Source: a virus. From it: a stretch of DNA of 42,089 bases. The DNA lies in the IMG/VR virus record IMGVR_UViG_3300003691_000020, positions 1 to 42,089 of that record. One strand, given 5' to 3'. Shown piece by piece: positions 34,405-41,445 of the stretch (its first letter is position 1; every line of letters starts with the position of its first letter). The position numbers and the translations under genes were made by a program. The notes under the pieces are model-generated. The model did no database searches. It saw only the letters and a program-made list of their open reading frames with translations, and had not been told where the DNA came from.

Positions 34405-34432
34405 TTGACTCCTGATATAATCCTGATATAAT
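34405..34432 (+). promoter_or_regulatory. Strong sigma70-like promoter TTGACT-16-TATAAT, with the tandem duplication CCTGATATAAT x2
   Basis: -35 at 34405..34410 and -10 at 34427..34432. A second TATAAT at 34416..34421 comes from the duplication. Confidence 0.65.
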
Positions 34433-34461
34433 CATACCTAACGATAACGAAAACGGAGAGT

Positions 34462-34665
34462 ATGACAATGGCAAAGAGAAAAACTTGGAAAGATAAATTG
34501 ACAAAGGCAGAGTTAAAACATTTAAAAGAAACCGCCGAAGTTACAACACTTGCTCAACTTGAGTACAATTTTGAAGAGCAAGCAGAAATGAGGCGAATAA
34601 ACCCAAGAGTTGAGCCATGTTGGGAGTGTAAAGCTATAGCCGTTAAACTTGGATACGAGGTCTAA
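34462..34665 (+). CDS. Hypothetical protein
   Basis: 67 aa with SD GGAGAG. Confidence 0.7.
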   Translation: MTMAKRKTWKDKLTKAELKHLKETAEVTTLAQLEYNFEEQAEMRRINPRVEPCWECKAIAVKLGYEV

Positions 34666-34666
34666 A

Positions 34667-34873
34667 ATGTACAAAGAAATAGTTAAAAAAGCAATGGCGC
34701 GATACGAAATGAATGAAACAGAATTTGCGGCAATGCTTAACGTGGATCAGAGCAGCGTGGCTAAATGGTTAACAGGGGCAAATAAGCCCAATAAACAGGC
34801 TTTAATTTTGATGCAGATGACAGAACACGCAATTAAGAGAGCAAAGAAGCAACTTAATAAACAAGCGAGTTGA
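34667..34873 (+). CDS. XRE-type HTH protein
   Basis: I prefer the ATG at 34667 (SD GAGG) over the track start at 34649. ETEFAAMLNVDQSSVAKWLTG. Confidence 0.75.
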   Translation: MYKEIVKKAMARYEMNETEFAAMLNVDQSSVAKWLTGANKPNKQALILMQMTEHAIKRAKKQLNKQAS

Positions 34874-34894
34874 GGACATAACCAAAAAGGAGAG

Positions 34895-35503
34895 ATGGAG
34901 ATGGAAACGCAATATTTAAACCATGACGTAAGGCGCGAAATTAGAGGTAATGTTGAGCAAGATGTCTCAAAGAAAATTGGAAAATCAGAGGTAGGTAAAG
35001 AGCTTCGGCAGCTGAAGAGCCAGCTCGAAAAAGAATTTAGGAAAATAGCAAGAATTATTTGCCCTAAAAAAGATCTAGAAGTTTTGGAAAAGTACGAATT
35101 AATCTCTACGCATGAACGGTTTTTCTATTCGCTGGATAGCAAAAATATTATACAATCTTCATTTTACAGAAAAAGAAGTTCAGATTGTGAAGTTGCGATT
35201 AAGCCAGCCATCAACACACATAAAATGAGTGATTACAACTACGAAATGGGGAAAATTATAAATAAAGATAAAGACCTGCAAAAACTATGCGTTGATATCT
35301 ATAAAATAAATGACCATCTATCATGCGAACTTGACGAAACTGTAATAGCGTATATGTCAAGGGTTGAAAGCTTCAGGACAGTTAAAACACTGTTGTTAAA
35401 ATATCCTGGTATGAAAAAATATATCCCGAAGCCAGTTAAGAAAGAAAAAGAACCTGCTGAAACAAAAGAAGAAAATGTCATAAAATTGTTTGAAGCTTCT
35501 TAA
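34895..35503 (+). CDS. Hypothetical protein
   Basis: 202 aa with SD AAAGGAGAG. The start is 34895 or 34901. Confidence 0.8.
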   Translation: MEMETQYLNHDVRREIRGNVEQDVSKKIGKSEVGKELRQLKSQLEKEFRKIARIICPKKDLEVLEKYELISTHERFFYSLDSKNIIQSSFYRKRSSDCEVAIKPAINTHKMSDYNYEMGKIINKDKDLQKLCVDIYKINDHLSCELDETVIAYMSRVESFRTVKTLLLKYPGMKKYIPKPVKKEKEPAETKEENVIKLFEAS

Positions 35504-35532
35504 ATAAACCAAGTTAACGACAGGAGGGAGAT

Positions 35533-35739
35533 ATGACACTATTTACAACACAAGAGGCTGACGCATACTATGCAGCTCACAAAAGAGACATAGCGGCAGG
35601 CAAGGCAAAGCCAATAGACTACACCAAATGCCTTTGCGGTTACTCTACGCACCCTGTACCACAGCAGGACGGTAGATCTTGGATTTGCGGCGATCCACAA
35701 TGTGATAAGAAATCAAGGTTTGAGAAGTTTAATAAATAA
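35533..35739 (+). CDS. Hypothetical Cys-containing protein
   Basis: 68 aa with SD AGGAGGGAG. Confidence 0.7.
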   Translation: MTLFTTQEADAYYAAHKRDIAAGKAKPIDYTKCLCGYSTHPVPQQDGRSWICGDPQCDKKSRFEKFNK

Positions 35740-35763
35740 CATTTAACAAACTGCGGAGGGAGT

Positions 35764-36108
35764 ATGAACATCGACGAACTAACAATTGGACAAGCGAAAG
35801 AACTATCAGGAATGTTTAACAGATGCCAGACAAAAGAATCGTCAAATAACGGACCATGGGAGATAGGCAAGAAATACCTAATCAGAACTGTTACAATGAC
35901 ATTAACCGGGGAGCTTATATCTGTATCTGAACAAGAACTTGTTATGAAAGATGCCGCATGGATCGCTGATACTGGTAGATTCAATGAGGCGCTTATTGAT
36001 ATCGGAAATTGTAATGAGGTTGAGCCTTTCCAAAATAATGCGATTATTGGTCGTGGTTCTATCGTTGACGCAACAGCAATATCAAATATTATCACAAAGG
36101 TGAAGTGA
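35764..36108 (+). CDS. Hypothetical protein, partner of the Gly-Ser repeat gene
   Basis: 114 aa with SD GGAGGGAG. IRTVTMTLTGELISVSEQELVMKDAAWIADTGRFNEAL..NEVEPF. Confidence 0.8.
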   Translation: MNIDELTIGQAKELSGMFNRCQTKESSNNGPWEIGKKYLIRTVTMTLTGELISVSEQELVMKDAAWIADTGRFNEALIDIGNCNEVEPFQNNAIIGRGSIVDATAISNIITKVK

Positions 36109-36332
36109 TGAACGCAGCTATTATGAAAACAGGTTATGATAGGTCAGGGTCAAGGTCAGGGTCAAGGTCAGGGTCAAGGTCAAGGTCAGGGTCAGGGTCA
36201 AGGTCAAGGTCAGGGTCATGGTCATGGTCAAGGTCAAGGTCAGGGTCATGGTCATGGTCAGGGTCAGGGTCATGGTCAAGGTCAGGGTCATGGTCATGGT
36301 CAAGGTCAGGGTCATGGTCAGGGTCATGCTAA
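36105..36332 (+). CDS. Gly/Ser/Arg/Trp hexanucleotide-repeat protein (75 aa)
   Basis: ATGA overlap with the upstream stop (translational coupling) favours this frame: MMNAAIMKTGYDRSGSRSGS...SWSWSRSGSWSGSC. The +1 frame (GQGQ/GHGH) and the minus strand (LTLTMT) are also open. Confidence 0.55.
   Translation: MMNAAIMKTGYDRSGSRSGSRSGSRSRSGSGSRSRSGSWSWSRSRSGSWSWSGSGSWSRSGSWSWSRSGSWSGSC
36142..36327. repeat. (GGTCAN)31 hexanucleotide tandem repeat, N = A/G/T
   Basis: Read directly from the sequence. Confidence 0.95.
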
Positions 36333-36408
36333 CCAACCAAGGGCCACGACCTGAAAAGACCACGCAATAAAGAAAACGTTGCACAAGGGTCGACCATAGG
36401 AGGTCAAA

Positions 36409-36642
36409 ATGACAAACTTACACAAACAGCACCAGATTGATTCTCTAACCAAAGCGATAAAAGAAAATATAAACCGAGATCCTAAGATATTTTGCATCGG
36501 CAGGCCGACAAAGAAATGGTTCGCGAGTCAGGCCAGTGGGTTGAAGTCACTTAAAAAGAGGCTCAGAATCGTTCAGAAGCATAAGGAGCCGGTGTATTTC
36601 ACTAACGATTTAAAATGCGAGTATGTGTTGATGGGTGTGTGA
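36409..36642 (+). CDS. Hypothetical protein
   Basis: 77 aa with SD TAGGAGG. Confidence 0.7.
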   Translation: MTNLHKQHQIDSLTKAIKENINRDPKIFCIGRPTKKWFASQASGLKSLKKRLRIVQKHKEPVYFTNDLKCEYVLMGV

Positions 36643-36902
36643 TGGGAATGCTCGACTATATTAATTACGAGTGCGTCTGCCCCGTTTGTAAAAATAAAAT
36701 TGATGGATTTCAATCTTAAGATTCTGACTGCGTTTTGGATATGCTTGAAACAGAAGAGGTAAACAACTTTTATAAATTATGTTATTTTTGTGGTGTGTGG
36801 GTTGAGTTTTTCAGAACAGGTGAAAATAAATTCATGCGAACCGTGGAAGGAAAAGGCAATGAAAAAATCCCAAAATATGAAAAAGAGGTTAAGATAAAAT
36901 GA
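36642..36902 (+). pseudogene. 86-codon zinc-ribbon ORF interrupted by in-frame TAA (36717..36719)
   Basis: MGMLDYINYECVCPVCKNKIDGFQS*DSDCVLDMLETEEVNNFYKLCYFCGVWVEFF...KIK*. There is a TGATG overlap at the 5' end and an ATGA overlap at the 3' end. Confidence 0.5.
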
Positions 36903-37609
36903 AAAACACAATAACAAAGGACGGAGCCGACCAGCTTAAGAATATATTATCAAACATCGATATGCCAGAGAGTCAGCTTGTCATGATGATGGGGTTTACC
37001 GACCTTATGACCGGAGACAATGCCCTGCCTGGCTGCTTACGGTCGCAGGATAAGGTTATTAAGGATTTTAGGGTAGAGGTTAAGTATTTAAAGTCTCAAC
37101 TTGCGAAAGCAGACATGGCGCACAGTGAAATGTGTGCAAAGAATGAAGCGTTAACAAATCAAAATATGGATCTTTTCGCAGAGAATAAAAGAAGTGTTCA
37201 GCACTCAGAATTCCTCGACCAACAAATTGTAGAAATGACGAAAGGCGTTAAAACAATTGCAGATAGAAGCGATGTATTAAGAAAAGAGAACCAGACGCAG
37301 AGAGAAGAGATTGACCGGCTTAAAAAAGAATTGAAGCAAAACAATGAGTTGGTTCAGAGGATGGAAGGTGGCGAGGATAATCATGAGATATACGCTGAAG
37401 GCAAACACCTTAGAAACTGTGAGAATTGCAATACATACAGCGGTCAATTTTGTCGCTACGGCCTACAAGACAATTACGATTGCTGGGAGCAAAAACAACC
37501 ATATCCTGAGATTGAAAAGAGCTGTGGTAATTGTAATTTTAATGAGTGCGGTCTTGCTATAGTTGATTGTAAGCACGATAATTATAAATTTTGGCAGCCT
37601 AAAAAATGA
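36899..37609 (+). CDS. Coiled-coil protein with a duplicated Cys-rich C-terminal motif
   Basis: 236 aa. CENCNTYSGQFCRYGLQDNYDCWEQK and CGNCNFNECGLAIVDCKHDNYKFWQPK. Confidence 0.8.
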   Translation: MKNTITKDGADQLKNILSNIDMPESQLVMMMGFTDLMTGDNALPGCLRSQDKVIKDFRVEVKYLKSQLAKADMAHSEMCAKNEALTNQNMDLFAENKRSVQHSEFLDQQIVEMTKGVKTIADRSDVLRKENQTQREEIDRLKKELKQNNELVQRMEGGEDNHEIYAEGKHLRNCENCNTYSGQFCRYGLQDNYDCWEQKQPYPEIEKSCGNCNFNECGLAIVDCKHDNYKFWQPKK

Positions 37610-37611
37610 AA

Positions 37612-37646
37612 GACAAGCTTCAATAAACCCTTGTTAATCTTTTTTC
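37612..37646 (+). terminator. Weak terminator-like hairpin plus T run
   Basis: GACAAG-12 nt-CTTGTT, then AATCTTTTTT. Confidence 0.3.
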
Positions 37647-37666
37647 ACTTTTATTTTAAAAACCGC

Positions 37667-37695
37667 TTGACATAAATAAAACGGTATGCTATTCT
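37667..37695 (+). promoter_or_regulatory. Sigma70-like promoter TTGACA-17-TATTCT with an extended-10 TG
   Basis: -35 at 37667..37672. TGcTATTCT at 37687..37695. Confidence 0.6.
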
Positions 37696-37745
37696 ATAAT
37701 CAAGAGAGTGAGAGAAACATAAACAACTAACTTGGAGATAGAAGA

Positions 37746-38162
37746 ATGACAAATTTAAACGAAATAGCAGAAAAAGCTGAAAAACTTGCTGGAAAAATTG
37801 ATATGACAGAGCTACATAAGGCCTTAGTTTTTTCAGGTGCAAATGATAATGTGACTATATGGATGGATGGTACATTTGATGTTTTATCATCTAATACATC
37901 TCCTAATACAGAAGAAGAATATATTACTTTAAAGGCATGGGGAATTGGAAATACTGAATCTGGTAATTATTCTGAAGGTTTTTATACACAGACTGACGAA
38001 CAATCTGATAACGGTTTATTTTTAAATCCTGAAACTGGCAAAGAGTTAACAAGCGAAGAAATGATAACTGAATGTATTGAGGATGGATGTTGGGACGACT
38101 TCGCAAGTGACATAGAAAATCAGATTAAAATAGAAATGGAAGCAGCCGCATATTATTATTAA
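37746..38162 (+). CDS. Highly acidic 138-aa protein
   Basis: About 29 D/E versus 7 K/R. SD GGAGA. Flanked by its own promoter and a UUCG hairpin. Confidence 0.8.
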   Translation: MTNLNEIAEKAEKLAGKIDMTELHKALVFSGANDNVTIWMDGTFDVLSSNTSPNTEEEYITLKAWGIGNTESGNYSEGFYTQTDEQSDNGLFLNPETGKELTSEEMITECIEDGCWDDFASDIENQIKIEMEAAAYYY

Positions 38163-38170
38163 TAATAAAA

Positions 38171-38186
38171 GCCCTCTTCGGAGGGC
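38171..38186 (+). terminator. GCCCTC-TTCG-GAGGGC tetraloop hairpin after the acidic gene
   Basis: Perfect 6-bp GC stem with a UUCG loop. No clear U tract follows. Confidence 0.45.
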
Positions 38187-38197
38187 AAAGGTATAAT

Positions 38198-38386
38198 ATG
38201 AAACAAGACGGAAGAGGTAGACACGGAAACTGCGGGCGTAAAAAGAAAGAAGACCCGAGGAACAAGAATATCAATATAAGGATGAACGCATCCGAAAAGA
38301 TCCGGTTCGATAATGCTTGCAAGGTCAGTGGGATATCTCAGGCTGATTATTTAATGTCGCTGGTAGATAAGGATTTAAATAAATGA
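38198..38386 (+). CDS. Ribbon-helix-helix (CopG/Arc/MobC-like) DNA-binding protein
   Basis: 62 aa. Basic N-terminus, then INIRMNASEKIRFDNACKVSGISQADYLMSLV (beta-alpha-alpha pattern). Confidence 0.65.
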   Translation: MKQDGRGRHGNCGRKKKEDPRNKNINIRMNASEKIRFDNACKVSGISQADYLMSLVDKDLNK

Positions 38387-38466
38387 AAGCCAAGCACCTT
38401 GAGAGAGCTATGATATTTTGTGCGGTGGTGTGTGGGCTGGCTATTATGTTATTGACTTATCCATAA
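38383..38466 (+). CDS. Tiny membrane peptide (27 aa)
   Basis: ATGA overlap with the RHH stop. MKAKHLERAMIFCAVVCGLAIMLLTYP. Confidence 0.35.
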   Translation: MKAKHLERAMIFCAVVCGLAIMLLTYP

Positions 38467-38473
38467 TGTGTTG

Positions 38474-38500
38474 ATAGTTATAGGTATAACCTATAACTAT
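38474..38500. promoter_or_regulatory. Perfect 27-bp palindrome ATAGTTATAGGT-ATA-ACCTATAACTAT
   Basis: 12-bp arms read directly. It lies 13 nt upstream of the 38514 ATG. Confidence 0.85.
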
Positions 38501-38513
38501 GAACGGTGCTTGA

Positions 38514-39005
38514 ATGATACCTAACTTATTGCCATCTATATTCGGAGCCGAACTTGCAGCGCCAAACGATGATTTTTCTGCGTGGACAGGAGCCGAGCCG
38601 AATGAAATCCCCACGGGCTACTCTGTTTTTGGCAACGATGCAACTAATTTTGTTTCAGAGGTAACCAACGGCGCAAGATTTCTAAGTGATTCAACAAGCG
38701 GCTTAGTATTATATCGCAACTACACAGTCGAACCTGGCAAGATATATAATTTCAAAATCATAAAAACAGAATACGTATCAGGTGATATTAGGTTGCGTAT
38801 TCGTGATATAACAAATGCCGCTGATATTTTGGCAACATCTCTTATGGGATGGCAGGAGGGCAACGAGCATACATATAAATTCACAGCGCCAGTATTATGC
38901 GTAGAGATTTCAATCACAGTATCAAGAATGCCTGCAGGAAATACAGATTATGTTATGAATAGCTGGTCTCTTAAAGAAGAAACTAAACTTTTACCACAAA
39001 TATAA
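38514..39005 (+). CDS. Hypothetical beta-rich protein (jelly-roll/CBM-like impression only)
   Basis: 163-aa ORF. Confidence 0.7.
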   Translation: MIPNLLPSIFGAELAAPNDDFSAWTGAEPNEIPTGYSVFGNDATNFVSEVTNGARFLSDSTSGLVLYRNYTVEPGKIYNFKIIKTEYVSGDIRLRIRDITNAADILATSLMGWQEGNEHTYKFTAPVLCVEISITVSRMPAGNTDYVMNSWSLKEETKLLPQI

Positions 39006-39014
39006 GGTGAAAAT

Positions 39015-39350
39015 ATGGCTTACAAGCTTTTGTCAGAATTAAATAAAGAAAGTGTGAACAGGGGTTATGAGGAAACTGTTGCGGCTTCGGGTGACGGAGA
39101 CTGGATTATATTGGACGATATTGAGCCCGGTAAACCATTTACGCTTGGCTTGGACATAGGAACTGGAAGTGGGTCTATTGAGTTTACAACTCGGACACCG
39201 GCAGCAGTAAAGGCAGGAACTGGTATTAATGAGCAAGTGTGGTCTCTTGGCACTATTAGCGGTTCAGCCTCAGTTACCGCCGAGTCACATATAACAGCCG
39301 TACGCATGGTTAACGCATCTGGCACAACCACTTTGACGATAACGCCATGA
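39015..39350 (+). CDS. Hypothetical beta-rich protein
   Basis: 111 aa with SD AAGGTGA. Confidence 0.7.
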   Translation: MAYKLLSELNKESVNRGYEETVAASGDGDWIILDDIEPGKPFTLGLDIGTGSGSIEFTTRTPAAVKAGTGINEQVWSLGTISGSASVTAESHITAVRMVNASGTTTLTITP

Positions 39351-39625
39351 TAAAAGAAGCCGCCGAGCTACTATTAGTTAAATATGGTGTGCAAAATACA
39401 TTATTGTTGGCACTGATGGCTAAATTTATGTGGGACATGCGCGTCAAGTACATAGCAATAGACATAGACCTAAAAAACGTAAAAGAGGGCGTACATGAAG
39501 TCAAAGAAAAAGTCGACAAAATCGAAACAGAACAATACGCCATCAAAAACCGGCTCAGTATCGCCGAAAAGTTCGGCCAAAAAAAAGAAACCAACCAGGG
39601 CTTCACTGACAACAGGAGTCAATAA
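39347..39625 (+). CDS. Small protein with an N-terminal hydrophobic helix and a coiled-coil tail
   Basis: 92 aa with an ATGA overlap. NTLLLALMAKFMW. Confidence 0.7.
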   Translation: MIKEAAELLLVKYGVQNTLLLALMAKFMWDMRVKYIAIDIDLKNVKEGVHEVKEKVDKIETEQYAIKNRLSIAEKFGQKKETNQGFTDNRSQ

Positions 39626-40326
39626 TGGTCAGAAGCCCAAAAAAAATAGGAACGGCAAGCGCTACGCTTCTTAGTTTCGTGCTAATGTTCAACGGTGCGT
39701 ACTTCGACATCCTCAACACATACACAGCTATACCGGATGAAGTATGGAATCATATTACATTCGCAACAAAGGACGCTCAGATTTTAGGCATTAGCCTTTT
39801 GGGCGCACTCTACGTACCATATAAAAACATCCACGTTAAAACACTCTTATTTTTATTCACACTATGGAGAACAGCGGTATTAATTATAAACGTTATGTGC
39901 TTCGATAAACAATTCTCACTTTATACCATATACACCCTCGATTGCTTTTACATATTGTGGGCTATAAGATCATTATATATGAGAAAACTTTCCGGAAGAA
40001 ACCCAATCGGCAAAGAAGCCTTTTATATTCTCCTTACCATAAACTCAGTACTGGGACTACTTCAAGCAATGTTCTTACCCTGGCACCCGGCAAGATATGA
40101 AACAAGAATGATATCAGACGGCACACATATCTGGTCAGTGCACTATGGAGAGTATGAGAAGAACCTCATTGAATGCACAGATATTGACAAAATACACCAT
40201 GTTAAGGTATCATTAAACAGAAAGCTTGTTGACTTTGAGATTGAAAAGCTTGATAAACTTGTCGGCCAAAAAGCAATAGCCGGCATTAAAGATTGCAGAA
40301 AGTTAATGGTAGCAGGTAAAATATGA
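39625..40326 (+). CDS. Polytopic membrane protein (about 4 TM helices) with an about 90-aa soluble C-terminal domain
   Basis: 233 aa with a TAATG overlap with the upstream gene. Confidence 0.8.
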   Translation: MVRSPKKIGTASATLLSFVLMFNGAYFDILNTYTAIPDEVWNHITFATKDAQILGISLLGALYVPYKNIHVKTLLFLFTLWRTAVLIINVMCFDKQFSLYTIYTLDCFYILWAIRSLYMRKLSGRNPIGKEAFYILLTINSVLGLLQAMFLPWHPARYETRMISDGTHIWSVHYGEYEKNLIECTDIDKIHHVKVSLNRKLVDFEIEKLDKLVGQKAIAGIKDCRKLMVAGKI

Positions 40327-40457
40327 TAAGATTTTACATAGAGCTTATCATCGAAAAGGTTTTATACGTGTTTGACTGGATTAAATACGGCAATAGCGAA
40401 GCAGGAAAGAAGCAACGGGCAGCGCGAGACTTTATACGTGTAATTACAAGGAGATAA
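40323..40457 (+). CDS. Small protein (44 aa)
   Basis: Not in the ORF track. ATGA overlap with the upstream stop. Confidence 0.4.
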   Translation: MIRFYIELIIEKVLYVFDWIKYGNSEAGKKQRAARDFIRVITRR

Positions 40458-40458
40458 C

Positions 40459-40836
40459 ATGAACGGAACAACCGTGGATAAGCTTTTAAATATTATCGAG
40501 GATTACAGGAAAGAGAGCCATAGCCAAAAAGATCAAATACAGCACCTTGCGAGTGGACAAGCAAATGCGTCGCTTGGCAAAAGGATTAAAAGTCTTGAGA
40601 ACGCAAGGGCAGAACTTATTGAAGAGAATGATAAATTCATGGAGACTATTAAATCAGAACAAAGCCATTCCACAAGGCTATCTGAAAGATACAACAAGAT
40701 TGTCGGAGAGCAAGCTACAGAGATTGAAAGCTTAAAAACAGAGCTTAGCAAGCAAACAGAATGGAACGCGCAGAGAAAGAAGCGTGCTGAAGATGCAAGA
40801 GATGGTGATTATGAGATACCAAATAAGCATGTGTAG
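40459..40836 (+). CDS. Coiled-coil protein
   Basis: 125 aa with SD AAGGAGA. Confidence 0.75.
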   Translation: MNGTTVDKLLNIIEDYRKESHSQKDQIQHLASGQANASLGKRIKSLENARAELIEENDKFMETIKSEQSHSTRLSERYNKIVGEQATEIESLKTELSKQTEWNAQRKKRAEDARDGDYEIPNKHV

Positions 40837-40954
40837 CTTTTGTAAAACATATTATGGCTACGGCGCTACATGTAATTGCGGTAAGAACGGCGAAAATGAA
40901 GAGCCGCGTAAACAGGGCTCTGAGTTAACTTGTCACACGGGGGAAACACTTTAA
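40829..40954 (+). CDS. Small Cys-rich protein (41 aa)
   Basis: Not in the ORF track. It overlaps the upstream gene by 8 nt and ends in a TAATG overlap with the TerS start. MCSFCKTYYGYGATCNCGKNG... Confidence 0.45.
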   Translation: MCSFCKTYYGYGATCNCGKNGENEEPRKQGSELTCHTGETL

Positions 40955-41445
40955 TGCCAGCACCTAAAAATAATCAATTTTGGAAAGCGAGGGCAAAGCA
41001 CGGGCGTGATAAGATATTTTCAAGTAAGTCAGTCTTAAAAGAATCTTGCGAAGAGTATTTCCAGTGGTGTGACGATAATCCACTCTATGCGGCTGAGCTT
41101 GTAAAATTCCAAGGGAAAGCGACGTTACAGGAAGTCCCCAAAATGCGCGCAATGACTGTTTCAGGGCTTTGCATCTTTCTTAATATCACGACAGACACAT
41201 GGTACCGGTACGCAAAAGATAAAGATTTTTCTGATATCGTACACGAAGCTGAGCAAATTATAAGAACTCAAAAGTTTGAGGGTGCAAGCGCTGAGCTATT
41301 AAATGCAAATATAATAGCCAGGGATTTAGGCTTAGCTGATAAAAAAGAACACACCGGAAACATCGAGCTTAACAAAGAGACAGACGAAGAACTTGACAAC
41401 CGAATCAAATCACTCTTAGGCGGCTTGGATGCAGATAGCGATTAA
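40954..41445 (+). CDS. terS: Terminase small subunit
   Basis: I prefer the ATG at 40954 over the track start at 40930. MPAPKNNQFWKARAKHGRDKIF..CEEYFQWCDDNPLY is typical of phage TerS N-termini. It lies immediately upstream of terL and overlaps it. Confidence 0.8.
   Translation: MPAPKNNQFWKARAKHGRDKIFSSKSVLKESCEEYFQWCDDNPLYAAELVKFQGKATLQEVPKMRAMTVSGLCIFLNITTDTWYRYAKDKDFSDIVHEAEQIIRTQKFEGASAELLNANIIARDLGLADKKEHTGNIELNKETDEELDNRIKSLLGGLDADSD

Noticed and set aside
36121-36384. Minus-strand LTLTMT ORF and plus-strand GQGQ/GHGH ORF (36136..36354) over the hexanucleotide repeat
   Set aside because: Any frame of a stop-free hexamer repeat is open. Only the 36105 frame is coupled to the upstream gene by an ATGA overlap. 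I keep these as alternatives to test, not as calls.
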